IMG/VR virus record: IMGVR_UViG_3300036770_006893
Coordinates: 160,358 to 224,357 of that record
Length of the DNA: 64,000 bases
Direction: 5' to 3' (one strand)
Shown one piece after another: positions 1 through 8,997 of this stretch (the stretch's first letter is position 1; every line of letters starts with the position of its first letter). The position numbers and the translations under genes were made by a program. The notes beneath the pieces are model-generated. The model was not told the DNA's origin and made no database searches. It was given only the letters and a program-made list of their open reading frames with translations.

Positions 1-1579
1 ATCCTTCTATAAAATTAATGTTAGTAACTGTATTTTGCCAATTTGCAAAAACTTGAATCTGTCTATCTATAGCATACGATATACCAAAATTTACTGATGG
101 GCCTGGTATTGTACCAATGGATGGAGCATATATCAGAGTAGGCGCACTTAGTCCATTATTTACAGTTAAACTACCATTTAATGTATTGTCTTCTGATGTT
201 TGTTGATAAAAATTTCGGCCTTGAATCGTTCCAGTATTTAGTAGAGTACCGTCTGGATTTAAATATACCGTTTTATCTAAAAGATTATCTCCACCACTAC
301 TGGTGCGCAAATAAATTCTAGCACTAGGATTTAAAGAAGTTGAGGATGCCTCATCAACAATCTCCATTCTTAAACCGCCAAGAATAGTCACGTTTTTGTT
401 ATAATCTAAACTTTCTCCTCGTACAGCAAATATACCATCACCACTATTAGCTATTTCTGGTAAAACTTGTGTGCCTCGTGCTCTTCTAAAAATTAATCTA
501 CTTGGTTCGATATCAGCGTTATAGAATTGATTAATTCTAAAATTGCCTATGGTTTCATCAGCTATTAGCCTAAGAGTATTATTATCTGTGCTATATGTTA
601 AATACGAGCTAGGTTCCCAATTGTTTGTGTTAGAATTATATACTAATAAATGATCGTTTTGTAAACCGGCTAAATCTACATCATGATTATCATCTAAATG
701 TCCATAACTAGTTGGTCTTACAAAAATGCGACCAGTATTTTGACTAACATATAATACTATAGCAGCGCTGATGCTATGTTTTGGTTCAACCTTTGTTAAT
801 TTACCAGGAACTGTTGGATGAACATATAATATGTCACCTTCAACCCAAGCTGGTTCATCGGCCGCATATAAATTTTGATCGCCATTAACTGCTCCGTTGC
901 CTCTGGTATCTAAATTTTCAACATGACCAAAATTAATAGCATAACCTTTTTGATTAATGTCAATATCTGTTAATACTAATCCCATAAAGCGTATTTCTCT
1001 TATAGTTCCATCAGCAGTGTACAAACTAGCTTCTATGAGAGAGTTATTATGAACATCACTGACATAAACTGCTTGACCAGCTCTAAGAATGGAACCAGTA
1101 TTATTGCGAATTCTAAAATAGTTATGTTCGCCAACATGAATTTTAGTCCCACCTTCTAGACCCAAATCCAATGTGCCTTGTGCTTCATCCCAACCTATTT
1201 CAGCAGTTTCTATTGTAGGGTCTGCTGTTATGTTAAAAGATATTTTATCAAATTCAGCATTGCCGCTGGTACTAATGGTTAAATTATCATTATCGTCATC
1301 ATAAACTATATTTATTCCGCTACCGGGTATTAAAAATCCGCTGGCGCCAACAACATCTTGAACATCTTCTGGCTGCAATATAACGTCTTGATTATTTTCT
1401 GATTGTAAATATGGTAAGCTATTCCAAGCAGTAACTCCATCGCCAATTTTTAATTTACCAGTATCTTTTTCATATCCTGGCTCTCCTAAGCGTAAAACTT
1501 CACCACCGGGTTGCGGCTCACTATTGGCCCATTCAGCAGCGGTACCTCTTCTAAATTTTATTACATCTTTACGCGTCAT
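1..1579 (-). CDS. Tail fibre / receptor-binding protein with Mtd N-terminal (hyaluronidase-N-like) domain; runs off the left edge of the window
   Basis: Not in the ORF track. ATG at 1579 translates MTRKDVIKFRRGTAAEWANSEPQPGGEVLRLGEPGYEKDTGKLKIGDGVTAWNSLPYL, the typical Mtd_N 'RRGT..EW...GE.G.E.DT.K.KIGDG...W..L.Y' motif. Confidence 0.8.
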   Translation of the reverse strand, partial: MTRKDVIKFRRGTAAEWANSEPQPGGEVLRLGEPGYEKDTGKLKIGDGVTAWNSLPYLQSENNQDVILQPEDVQDVVGASGFLIPGSGINIVYDDDNDNLTISTSGNAEFDKISFNITADPTIETAEIGWDEAQGTLDLGLEGGTKIHVGEHNYFRIRNNTGSILRAGQAVYVSDVHNNSLIEASLYTADGTIREIRFMGLVLTDIDINQKGYAINFGHVENLDTRGNGAVNGDQNLYAADEPAWVEGDILYVHPTVPGKLTKVEPKHSISAAIVLYVSQNTGRIFVRPTSYGHLDDNHDVDLAGLQNDHLLVYNSNTNNWEPSSYLTYSTDNNTLRLIADETIGNFRINQFYNADIEPSRLIFRRARGTQVLPEIANSGDGIFAVRGESLDYNKNVTILGGLRMEIVDEASSTSLNPSARIYLRTSSGGDNLLDKTVYLNPDGTLLNTGTIQGRNFYQQTSEDNTLNGSLTVNNGLSAPTLIYAPSIGTIPGPSVNFGISYAIDRQIQVFANWQNTVTNINFIEG

Positions 1580-1646
1580 AGTATTCTGTTGCCCTTTTAA
1601 ATAGATGGCTCATTTTAATATATTCGCTATTTAAGTAATACACCAA

Positions 1647-4600
1647 TTAAATATCCCAACCCGCCTGTCTAAGATTAACTAATGCTTGCGCACCAGGAAT
1701 AGTTCTTGCGATTATCGTACCACGACTACTAGTACGCACTCTAATTTTTGTATTAGCAGTATAATTGTACTCGAACGCAGAACTTGCTGGCCTGGGTGTT
1801 GTGAAATAAGTAGAGAATAATGATTTATTTTGATCCCATTTGATTAACAGATTGTCCAAGTCACTGCCCGGTAAATACAAATCGCTCAGTAAAGCAGGGA
1901 GAATCCAATCGTCTGTTCCCAGAATACTAAAGTCTGCCGCATCCTTAAGACTACTAGCATTCCATCTAGATAATTTTGTTGTGTATCCGGTAAGCCTAAA
2001 CATATCTCGCATACTTATAACATTAGAAACATTCCAATTATTGATATCTGTTGTGAAAGCACCAGCATTATAAAACATGCTATTCATATTTGTAACTTGA
2101 GAAGTATCCCAATTGCTTATATTTCCTCTAAAGCTTACAGCCGACTCAAACATAGAACTCATGTTTGTAACTTTACCGGTATTCCAAGAATCTAGTGTAT
2201 CGCCGGTAAATGCCCGAGCGTCTTGAAACATCCTCGACATATTTGTAACATTGCTGGTATCCCACAGGGATAACGGAATATTAAATCTTACACATCCTCG
2301 AAACATGTTATTCATATCATTTATGCTCGATGTGTCCCAGCTCATAACATTAGGGTCATTGAAAGTAGTACATAATGGTAGTTGTATGTGTTCGGCCTTT
2401 GGAATATAATCTGGAACAGAATTGAGGAGTGGTAAAGAGTCTAAAGTTATTCTCTTAAGCGAACTTATCCAAGAAGATATTCCCGTAACACCGCCTGCTA
2501 CACTCGATGTGGGAGTAGAGGTAAAGCTATCAGCAATGACTACATCCGTAGTATTAGTATGATTAATTGGAGTAATTTTAATAGATCCAGTTTTATTCCT
2601 TGCAGTAACCACACTAGGTCTTCTGTCGGTAAAGTTAATAACTAGCCTATGTTTGCCATCAAAGAATACTGTTCCAACTACCCCATCCTGCTGAGTTCCG
2701 CCCTCTACTAAGTACCAGCTGGGCTCCGACGCGTCTATAGTAATCGTTATAGCCATCGTACTAGAATTAATTAGGGTAGAATAATTATGGCCATAATCTA
2801 TAATTAAGGGGCTTATTACTGAGTCAGGTGGTATTGGAGAAACACTAACGCTTGGACTAACAGTAGGACTGATGGTTTGTGTTGGTGTTGCTGTTGCGCT
2901 AACGCTAACGCTAACGCTTGGAGTGGGCGTCATGCTGTGTGTTGGCGTTAGTGTTGGAGTCATGGTTTGCGTTGGTGTTGGAGATCTCGATGGCAATGGT
3001 GTTGGTGTTACTGTTGCGCTCACGCTATTGGTTGGCGTTACTGTTCTTGTTACAGTCGGCGATACTGTTATACTTGGACTAACTGTTTGGCTAACCGTAA
3101 CCGTGGGTGTGGTCGTGGGTGTAGTAGTTGGACTATTAGTTATTGTTGGCGTGGGCGTAGGAGTTCTTGTACTAACGGGAGTTGGAGAAGGAGTTGGGGT
3201 GCATTGTGCTGCACACTTTAATGCAATGTAGTCTGTGCTTGTGGCGCCGGTTGATTCTCTAGTTAATCTAATAAAAGCATTAACATTTACATTACCATTC
3301 AGGAGGGCTAAAGATGTTAATCTAGCATTATTTGCCACATAAACGTGGCCGCCAGCAGGATAAAATGAAACATTGCTAGAATCACTACCAAATCTAAAAT
3401 AGTACTTTTCTTTAGAAATATTATTAGTACTAGACAAGTCATCTATATAACTATCTGGTAAATAATTTTTAATATCTACCATAATTGGTATATATTGTTT
3501 ACATCCATTTCCAGAAACTTCTATTTGACGATTAGAAGGAGCAACAAACTCTACATCTGTTACAAATTCCTTGGAATAGCATTTGTTGCATTTTAATAAA
3601 GACTCAGACCAAGCAATACCACAATTTGGTTGAGATGCTTTTGCTATATTGAAACGTAATATATTATAGATTTTACTAAAATCTTTAGTTTTTTCAGAAA
3701 CTGGTGGTAGATTAAAATTAGTGTTTTTATCATTGACAAATGTAAAGGTGGATGATATTGTATGAGTATCGCCATTTGCAATGAACACATTATCTTTATC
3801 GGATATATGAGCTGGCCAATTACTGTCGGTGGAATCAAAGAAATACGAATATGATGTATTTTTAGATAGTCCAGTTACCACAACATCAACCACAGCATGA
3901 TCACCCTCAAATTGAGACAAATCAATATTATTAGTCATAGATAATATTTTAGGGCATTTATTGTACTGTTCTTTAGCGTCATGGCATGAGTCGCACTGTA
4001 CAGTAAAGATATGATCAACTTTTTCTGGACATAAAGTTTGGATATTTTTAGCATTTCCCGAAGAATCAGATAAAACAGGCTGTGGAGCATCATGGGATTG
4101 GGTGGGATATGTCCAATAGGCGGCTAGTTCTGAATCATAAAATGCCGCCTTGTACCATTCGTTGTGAGATGGAATAAAATATTTTGCATCAAAATTTCTG
4201 TATATTTGGTTATCAAATATTATATTGCGTAAATCATATGCTCCGACTAGTAGTTTATCATTGATAGTAGCAGGATCGTATACTCTAATATTAACGTCAA
4301 AAGACCCGAAGTTATCTTCAGTACATCTGACATCGTTTATGCCTAGGTATAGTCGTCCAGAAATTTCTGGGTTATACCTACCGCCAGTACCTATTTCAAA
4401 AATAGTTCCATTATCTCCTATTTTTCCAACCAAAGCAGCCACTGGTATACTTACTGCTTGAGGAACATCAAAGCCACAAGTTGCGGAAGCGAGTTCTCCT
4501 AAATTAACACCCTCTGGTCCTGTCCATTGGTTTATATCAGTAACATCTGTAAACTTAATTGTCCCAGACGCTTGTATCTCAACAATAGAGTCGGGATGTA

Positions 4601-7283
4601 AGTCTATATTGGAATCAACCCAATCTTGAGCTATAGAATTATTTGGTACATTTTCATATATATCCCATCCTTTATTATTGTGTAACCAATTGCAGTATTT
4701 TGCGGCTCTAATCCAGGAGATAAAATTAGCAGGTTTATTGCTCATTAACGGTTTAATTACATATCTTTCTCCAAAGTTTTTGCATGAATCTAAGGCTATG
4801 CCTCCTGTATGATGGTTCGCCATTCTGTAATCATACAAATCAAGATTATTTTCACCCAGAGGATCAACAGTATTTAAATAGTCGCAGTATTCTTGATTAG
4901 TTAATAAATTTTGTTGTATATAATAACTATAGTATACGCTACCAAGATTACAACTTTCTGGGCTTGGGTCGTTAATATTTCCTTCGTTTTCTATTATAAT
5001 AAAATTATTATAATTGTCTGGATTTTCATATGAAGCAATTCTTAGACCAAATCCTCCGTCGTCAAAAACAGAAAAAATATCATGGTTTTTAAATATGTGC
5101 TTACTAAGAGCAAGACTATCGCTATCTAGCCAGCTACCACCACGTAAAATTTTATGATTAGGTTTATTGTCTGGGCTAGTATCTGTCCATTCGTATAACT
5201 GACCGGCCATATCATAGATACCATATTTTGATGGCCTTCCATTAAGGCCGATTGTTGTTAATCCAGCATTACCACCCCATACGGCCCTTTCTGCGTAATT
5301 ACATGAATTATTATCTAATTCTTTGTTGCTATTAAGAGACAGCTTAATAACAGAATAAATATTTTTATCATTACTGATAAGCTTTGATAGATTAGCTTGT
5401 TGAATAAACACATCATCAAAACCAAATTCTATAACCCCAGCGATTTCTGATGTTTGGTCATGTCTATTTGTGATTATTCCAGATAAGGGATAGATTGAAC
5501 ACGGGGCAGAAGCGTCCACAGATTCAAAAGAGTAAGAATAATTATCTAAAAGCCCGGATAGTGATATATTGAACGGGATCATTAATCCTGTAGATATAAT
5601 TAAATTATCAGAATTAATACCAGAAATATTGATATTTGGACATATGTTGGTTTCACAAAGGATTTTTGGATCTGCCTCTAAGCATCTGGGTATATGTATA
5701 TCTTTATCTGGGTATTCACGAGTTATAAAATAATAGGATTCGCCAGGTTCTAGTTCAGATAAGGAGCTGTATGGATTAGGTACAAATGCATTACCAGATG
5801 GTAATACCCAAAAAATTGCAGTATTATCATCTATACTTTTTGTACTATATATAGTAGAAATATTGTCTATAAAATTGTGCCATAGTTGATATTGTTTTTC
5901 TCCAGGCTGAAAAACCTTATCTCCACATTTAGGCTCAAGTAAAGATAGTTTATCACTACCAAGATATGTTTTAATATTAAACATCGATTCTAGAATCATG
6001 TTATTAATATTATCTACTTGTGGCGCCGTAAATATTGATGGGGTGGGTGTGTTACTTGGGGTTGTGGTTATTGTTGGTGTTACTGTGGGAGTTACTGATC
6101 TTGTTGGCGTTGGAGTTTTTGTGGGTGTTTTTGTTGGACTTATTGTATTTGTGGGAGTACTTGTTGAGGTTGGGGTTGTAGTAACAGTAGTAGTGACTGT
6201 TGGGGTTGGGGTTAGTGTTGGTGTGATGCTGCTAGTTGGGGTGTGGGTTGGAGTAGTTGTAGGTGTGGTTGTTATGGTCGGAGTTGTTGTTGGAGTAAGA
6301 CTAACAGACAAAGATTGTGTAGGAGATAAGGTTGGAGTTACTGTATTTGTTGGAGTAGTAGTTGGAGTTAGGCTTGGTGTCAATGTAGGGGTGGGACTAG
6401 GAAAAATATTATTTACTGGTCCATCACCTAATATGTTCGATATAACGCATGATGGGTCTGTATCGTATTGCGTAGCATATAACCAATATCCACTATTTAA
6501 TCCGTCAGCTTTATAGTATGCTGATTTATACCATTCATTTTCTGAAGATATAGCATATTTAGCATTTGGGTTTCTAGTTATAGACAATATATTAGTGCCA
6601 TTAGTTAAATCATATGCGCCCGATTCTGTATCTCCGAAATCATTATGAAGCCAATTCGCCATCCTTGCGGCACAAAACCAGTCAACATAATTTACTGGCT
6701 TATTTGACATATTATTTTTAACTATATATTTTGATCCAACAGGATTGCTAGGAACATAAATAATACCTCCTCTAAAATTATTTGTCATATCTATAGAATA
6801 TGTATTATACAGATTTTGGCCGCTAGGATCTGTGTTGTTCAAAAATTCGACATATTCTTGATTAGTGACAGGATGTATCATGATGTGATAATCATAAGAT
6901 ACTGATCCTTTTGAGTTTGTGTCGGCTTCATTACCAGAGTCGTTTATCCCTACAAAAGAACCAAAAATAGAACCAATTGATAAATGTACTAATCTAAAAC
7001 CTATATTAAATGATTTCGTACTAGCGGAACTATTGATAGAAAAATTAGAAGATAAAACCGAAGTGGTTGTTGAGTTCCAGGCTCCTCCTCTAAGAATTTT
7101 ATTATAATTGCCTTGATTTTCTATGGTATTTTCATTCCATTCCCAAACATTTCCGGATTGATCTCTTGTCCCGTATGCACTAGTGCCACCATTTGTACCT
7201 ACTGAGGTAATATTACCGTTTTGTAGATTCCATCTAGCACAATTATTAAAATTGGCAGTATTACTACCTTTTGGAAAAGCCAT
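1647..7283 (-). CDS. Giant multidomain virion/adhesin-like protein: 2x FGE-sulfatase (CLec-fold) domains, LecA/PA-IL-like module, Pro/Thr stalks, C-terminal BspA/DUF285 repeats
   Basis: Motifs DQSGNVWEW, RGG..W, GFR, VTNQEY.EFLN, KPVNYV.W..AA...NWLHN, ENEWYK.AYY; ALVGKIG...F.IG...GRLYLGIND; repeats W(D/N)TS.VTNM..MF. Confidence 0.8.
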   Translation of the reverse strand: MAFPKGSNTANFNNCARWNLQNGNITSVGTNGGTSAYGTRDQSGNVWEWNENTIENQGNYNKILRGGAWNSTTTSVLSSNFSINSSASTKSFNIGFRLVHLSIGSIFGSFVGINDSGNEADTNSKGSVSYDYHIMIHPVTNQEYVEFLNNTDPSGQNLYNTYSIDMTNNFRGGIIYVPSNPVGSKYIVKNNMSNKPVNYVDWFCAARMANWLHNDFGDTESGAYDLTNGTNILSITRNPNAKYAISSENEWYKSAYYKADGLNSGYWLYATQYDTDPSCVISNILGDGPVNNIFPSPTPTLTPSLTPTTTPTNTVTPTLSPTQSLSVSLTPTTTPTITTTPTTTPTHTPTSSITPTLTPTPTVTTTVTTTPTSTSTPTNTISPTKTPTKTPTPTRSVTPTVTPTITTTPSNTPTPSIFTAPQVDNINNMILESMFNIKTYLGSDKLSLLEPKCGDKVFQPGEKQYQLWHNFIDNISTIYSTKSIDDNTAIFWVLPSGNAFVPNPYSSLSELEPGESYYFITREYPDKDIHIPRCLEADPKILCETNICPNINISGINSDNLIISTGLMIPFNISLSGLLDNYSYSFESVDASAPCSIYPLSGIITNRHDQTSEIAGVIEFGFDDVFIQQANLSKLISNDKNIYSVIKLSLNSNKELDNNSCNYAERAVWGGNAGLTTIGLNGRPSKYGIYDMAGQLYEWTDTSPDNKPNHKILRGGSWLDSDSLALSKHIFKNHDIFSVFDDGGFGLRIASYENPDNYNNFIIIENEGNINDPSPESCNLGSVYYSYYIQQNLLTNQEYCDYLNTVDPLGENNLDLYDYRMANHHTGGIALDSCKNFGERYVIKPLMSNKPANFISWIRAAKYCNWLHNNKGWDIYENVPNNSIAQDWVDSNIDLHPDSIVEIQASGTIKFTDVTDINQWTGPEGVNLGELASATCGFDVPQAVSIPVAALVGKIGDNGTIFEIGTGGRYNPEISGRLYLGINDVRCTEDNFGSFDVNIRVYDPATINDKLLVGAYDLRNIIFDNQIYRNFDAKYFIPSHNEWYKAAFYDSELAAYWTYPTQSHDAPQPVLSDSSGNAKNIQTLCPEKVDHIFTVQCDSCHDAKEQYNKCPKILSMTNNIDLSQFEGDHAVVDVVVTGLSKNTSYSYFFDSTDSNWPAHISDKDNVFIANGDTHTISSTFTFVNDKNTNFNLPPVSEKTKDFSKIYNILRFNIAKASQPNCGIAWSESLLKCNKCYSKEFVTDVEFVAPSNRQIEVSGNGCKQYIPIMVDIKNYLPDSYIDDLSSTNNISKEKYYFRFGSDSSNVSFYPAGGHVYVANNARLTSLALLNGNVNVNAFIRLTRESTGATSTDYIALKCAAQCTPTPSPTPVSTRTPTPTPTITNSPTTTPTTTPTVTVSQTVSPSITVSPTVTRTVTPTNSVSATVTPTPLPSRSPTPTQTMTPTLTPTHSMTPTPSVSVSVSATATPTQTISPTVSPSVSVSPIPPDSVISPLIIDYGHNYSTLINSSTMAITITIDASEPSWYLVEGGTQQDGVVGTVFFDGKHRLVINFTDRRPSVVTARNKTGSIKITPINHTNTTDVVIADSFTSTPTSSVAGGVTGISSWISSLKRITLDSLPLLNSVPDYIPKAEHIQLPLCTTFNDPNVMSWDTSSINDMNNMFRGCVRFNIPLSLWDTSNVTNMSRMFQDARAFTGDTLDSWNTGKVTNMSSMFESAVSFRGNISNWDTSQVTNMNSMFYNAGAFTTDINNWNVSNVISMRDMFRLTGYTTKLSRWNASSLKDAADFSILGTDDWILPALLSDLYLPGSDLDNLLIKWDQNKSLFSTYFTTPRPASSAFEYNYTANTKIRVRTSSRGTIIARTIPGAQALVNLRQAGWDI
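1930..2370 (-). repeat. BspA/DUF285-like leucine-rich repeats (about 25 aa unit) within the 1878-aa protein
   Basis: About 5-6 units of F...(I/L)..W(D/N)TS.VTNM..MF. Confidence 0.8.
2830..3200 (-). repeat. Pro/Thr/Ser mucin-like low-complexity stalk
   Basis: TPTPSPTPVSTRTPTPTPT...TVSPSVSVSP. Confidence 0.9.
6030..6400 (-). repeat. Pro/Thr mucin-like low-complexity stalk
   Basis: PSPTPTLTPSLTPTTTPTNTVTPT...TPSNTPTPS. Confidence 0.9.
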
Positions 7284-7350
7284 ATTTGGTCCTATTAAAT
7301 TTTTATGTGATATATTGATTTACACCAATGTTTTAGGTCGTAATTAATTT

Positions 7351-7767
7351 TTATGAGCATATTGGTATCAATAAAGCCTTATCATCAGGAGCGCATTGCT
7401 CAAAAATAACTTCATCAGTAGAAGGGTCTATAATTTGTATTTTGGCTATGCCTCTATGTACAGAGCCAGGGCTTGGGATGCCAACGAGTTCTATTTTATA
7501 TTTAGCATCTTGCGAAGCTGTGCCAGCGGGTAATATTATTCTAGATTCTCTATATCCACCATCTGATGCATTATTTAAATCAATTTCTCCAACTTCGTTG
7601 GAATTAATATAAACATCAAATCTTGCTCTATTGCACCTATGACCACCGGAACATACCGATGGATCATAGCTTACTTTTAATACAAAAGAACTGATATCTT
7701 CGTATGCAACGCACGGTGGAGGAGGTTCTGGATCTGGGAAGTCGATACAAGAATAGTCATCGGTCAT
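7351..7767 (-). CDS. Hypothetical Cys-rich protein sharing a domain with 31276..32838
   Basis: C..GH.C.R..F...(I)N(L/M)NN...G.R...H.G motif present in both proteins. Confidence 0.55.
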   Translation of the reverse strand: MTDDYSCIDFPDPEPPPPCVAYEDISSFVLKVSYDPSVCSGGHRCNRARFDVYINSNEVGEIDLNNASDGGYRESRIILPAGTASQDAKYKIELVGIPSPGSVHRGIAKIQIIDPSTDEVIFEQCAPDDKALLIPICS

Positions 7768-7779
7768 AATAGAATTCCT

Positions 7780-8979
7780 TTAAGAACATATAGGCTGCTT
7801 ATTAAATGTTGATACTATCCATCTTATCCATCTTTCAGAATTGCACAGTATGCGTCTTGTTGTCAATCCATTATTTTTAGCTATGGTGAAATATTCTGAT
7901 ACTCCATCTTTTACCGAAGACCAGCCGAGAGAAGGGCTATCATCGACAAATACATTAACCTGAGAAGAGGGATTGATGTCACCAAAAGCTTCTTTTATTT
8001 TTTCGTTTATCCAATTCCCAGTCAATGGCTCATTATTTATTATACAAGCGGGGACATTTCTAGACGATGGTATTATTCTAGAATCTGGTATTGGCATCTG
8101 GTATCCGTCTGGCACATTAATATATGGATATAATGGTAAAATAGTACATTGTTGTTTGATAAAAGATCTTACATGAAATATTAAAATTTTATTTACGTCT
8201 ATAGCTTTAAGGCTGTCCAATAATTTAAAATCATCCATGTCCTGATACCAGTATATATTAGGGGTACCATATGGGGATTGATTAACATATCCAAAAATAT
8301 TTGGTGCTGATGGATATAAAGACTCGTCAGCAAAAATAATACAATAATCATCAAAGCCTATGCCTGCTTCTGGAGGCTGTGGGGGAGGGGGCAGAACAGG
8401 AGGATCTAATGCCTTACACACAGTATTTGAGTACTGATTTGGCGATCCAGGACCACAACAATCTGTTCCGCCAACCCTAAAACATATTCTAGAATAATTT
8501 TTATCATTAAAGACATTACCCGGAATAATAACTTGTATATATGTTTTATCGCAAGTTGGTGTTGGTATGGGGGAACATCTCAAAACTAAAACATCATAGG
8601 TTATCAAAGCTCCAACTCTTGTTGTTTTACCACAAATATATGCTGTAGTATCTAAACTAGCACCCTCATACTCAGCAACTATAGATACCTGCTCGCCGAT
8701 GATCCAGTCGTCTATAGGAGAACCGGGATATAACAAGGAATTCGCACCGCGTATAACCTGAAATAAACAATCATCACCTATGCATTTTTTATATGGATCA
8801 TTAAGTTGATCGCTATTATAAGTAACCGCACATGCTACCCAAGAAGACCCAGAGGACAGACCCTGTATTCTGAAGGCGCTTTCAGTAAAAACACAATTAC
8901 ATTCTATTGGGACAAATTTACTAAAGCATGCATTGTCAGAGTAATCACAATATCTCAGCGATTCTTCAGTAGGTATCAT
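7780..8979 (-). CDS. Hypothetical Cys/Pro-rich protein, probably structural
   Basis: 399-aa ORF within the adhesin cluster; poly-Pro linker. Confidence 0.5.
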   Translation of the reverse strand: MIPTEESLRYCDYSDNACFSKFVPIECNCVFTESAFRIQGLSSGSSWVACAVTYNSDQLNDPYKKCIGDDCLFQVIRGANSLLYPGSPIDDWIIGEQVSIVAEYEGASLDTTAYICGKTTRVGALITYDVLVLRCSPIPTPTCDKTYIQVIIPGNVFNDKNYSRICFRVGGTDCCGPGSPNQYSNTVCKALDPPVLPPPPQPPEAGIGFDDYCIIFADESLYPSAPNIFGYVNQSPYGTPNIYWYQDMDDFKLLDSLKAIDVNKILIFHVRSFIKQQCTILPLYPYINVPDGYQMPIPDSRIIPSSRNVPACIINNEPLTGNWINEKIKEAFGDINPSSQVNVFVDDSPSLGWSSVKDGVSEYFTIAKNNGLTTRRILCNSERWIRWIVSTFNKQPICS

Positions 8980-8997
8980 AATTATTACTCACAAAAT

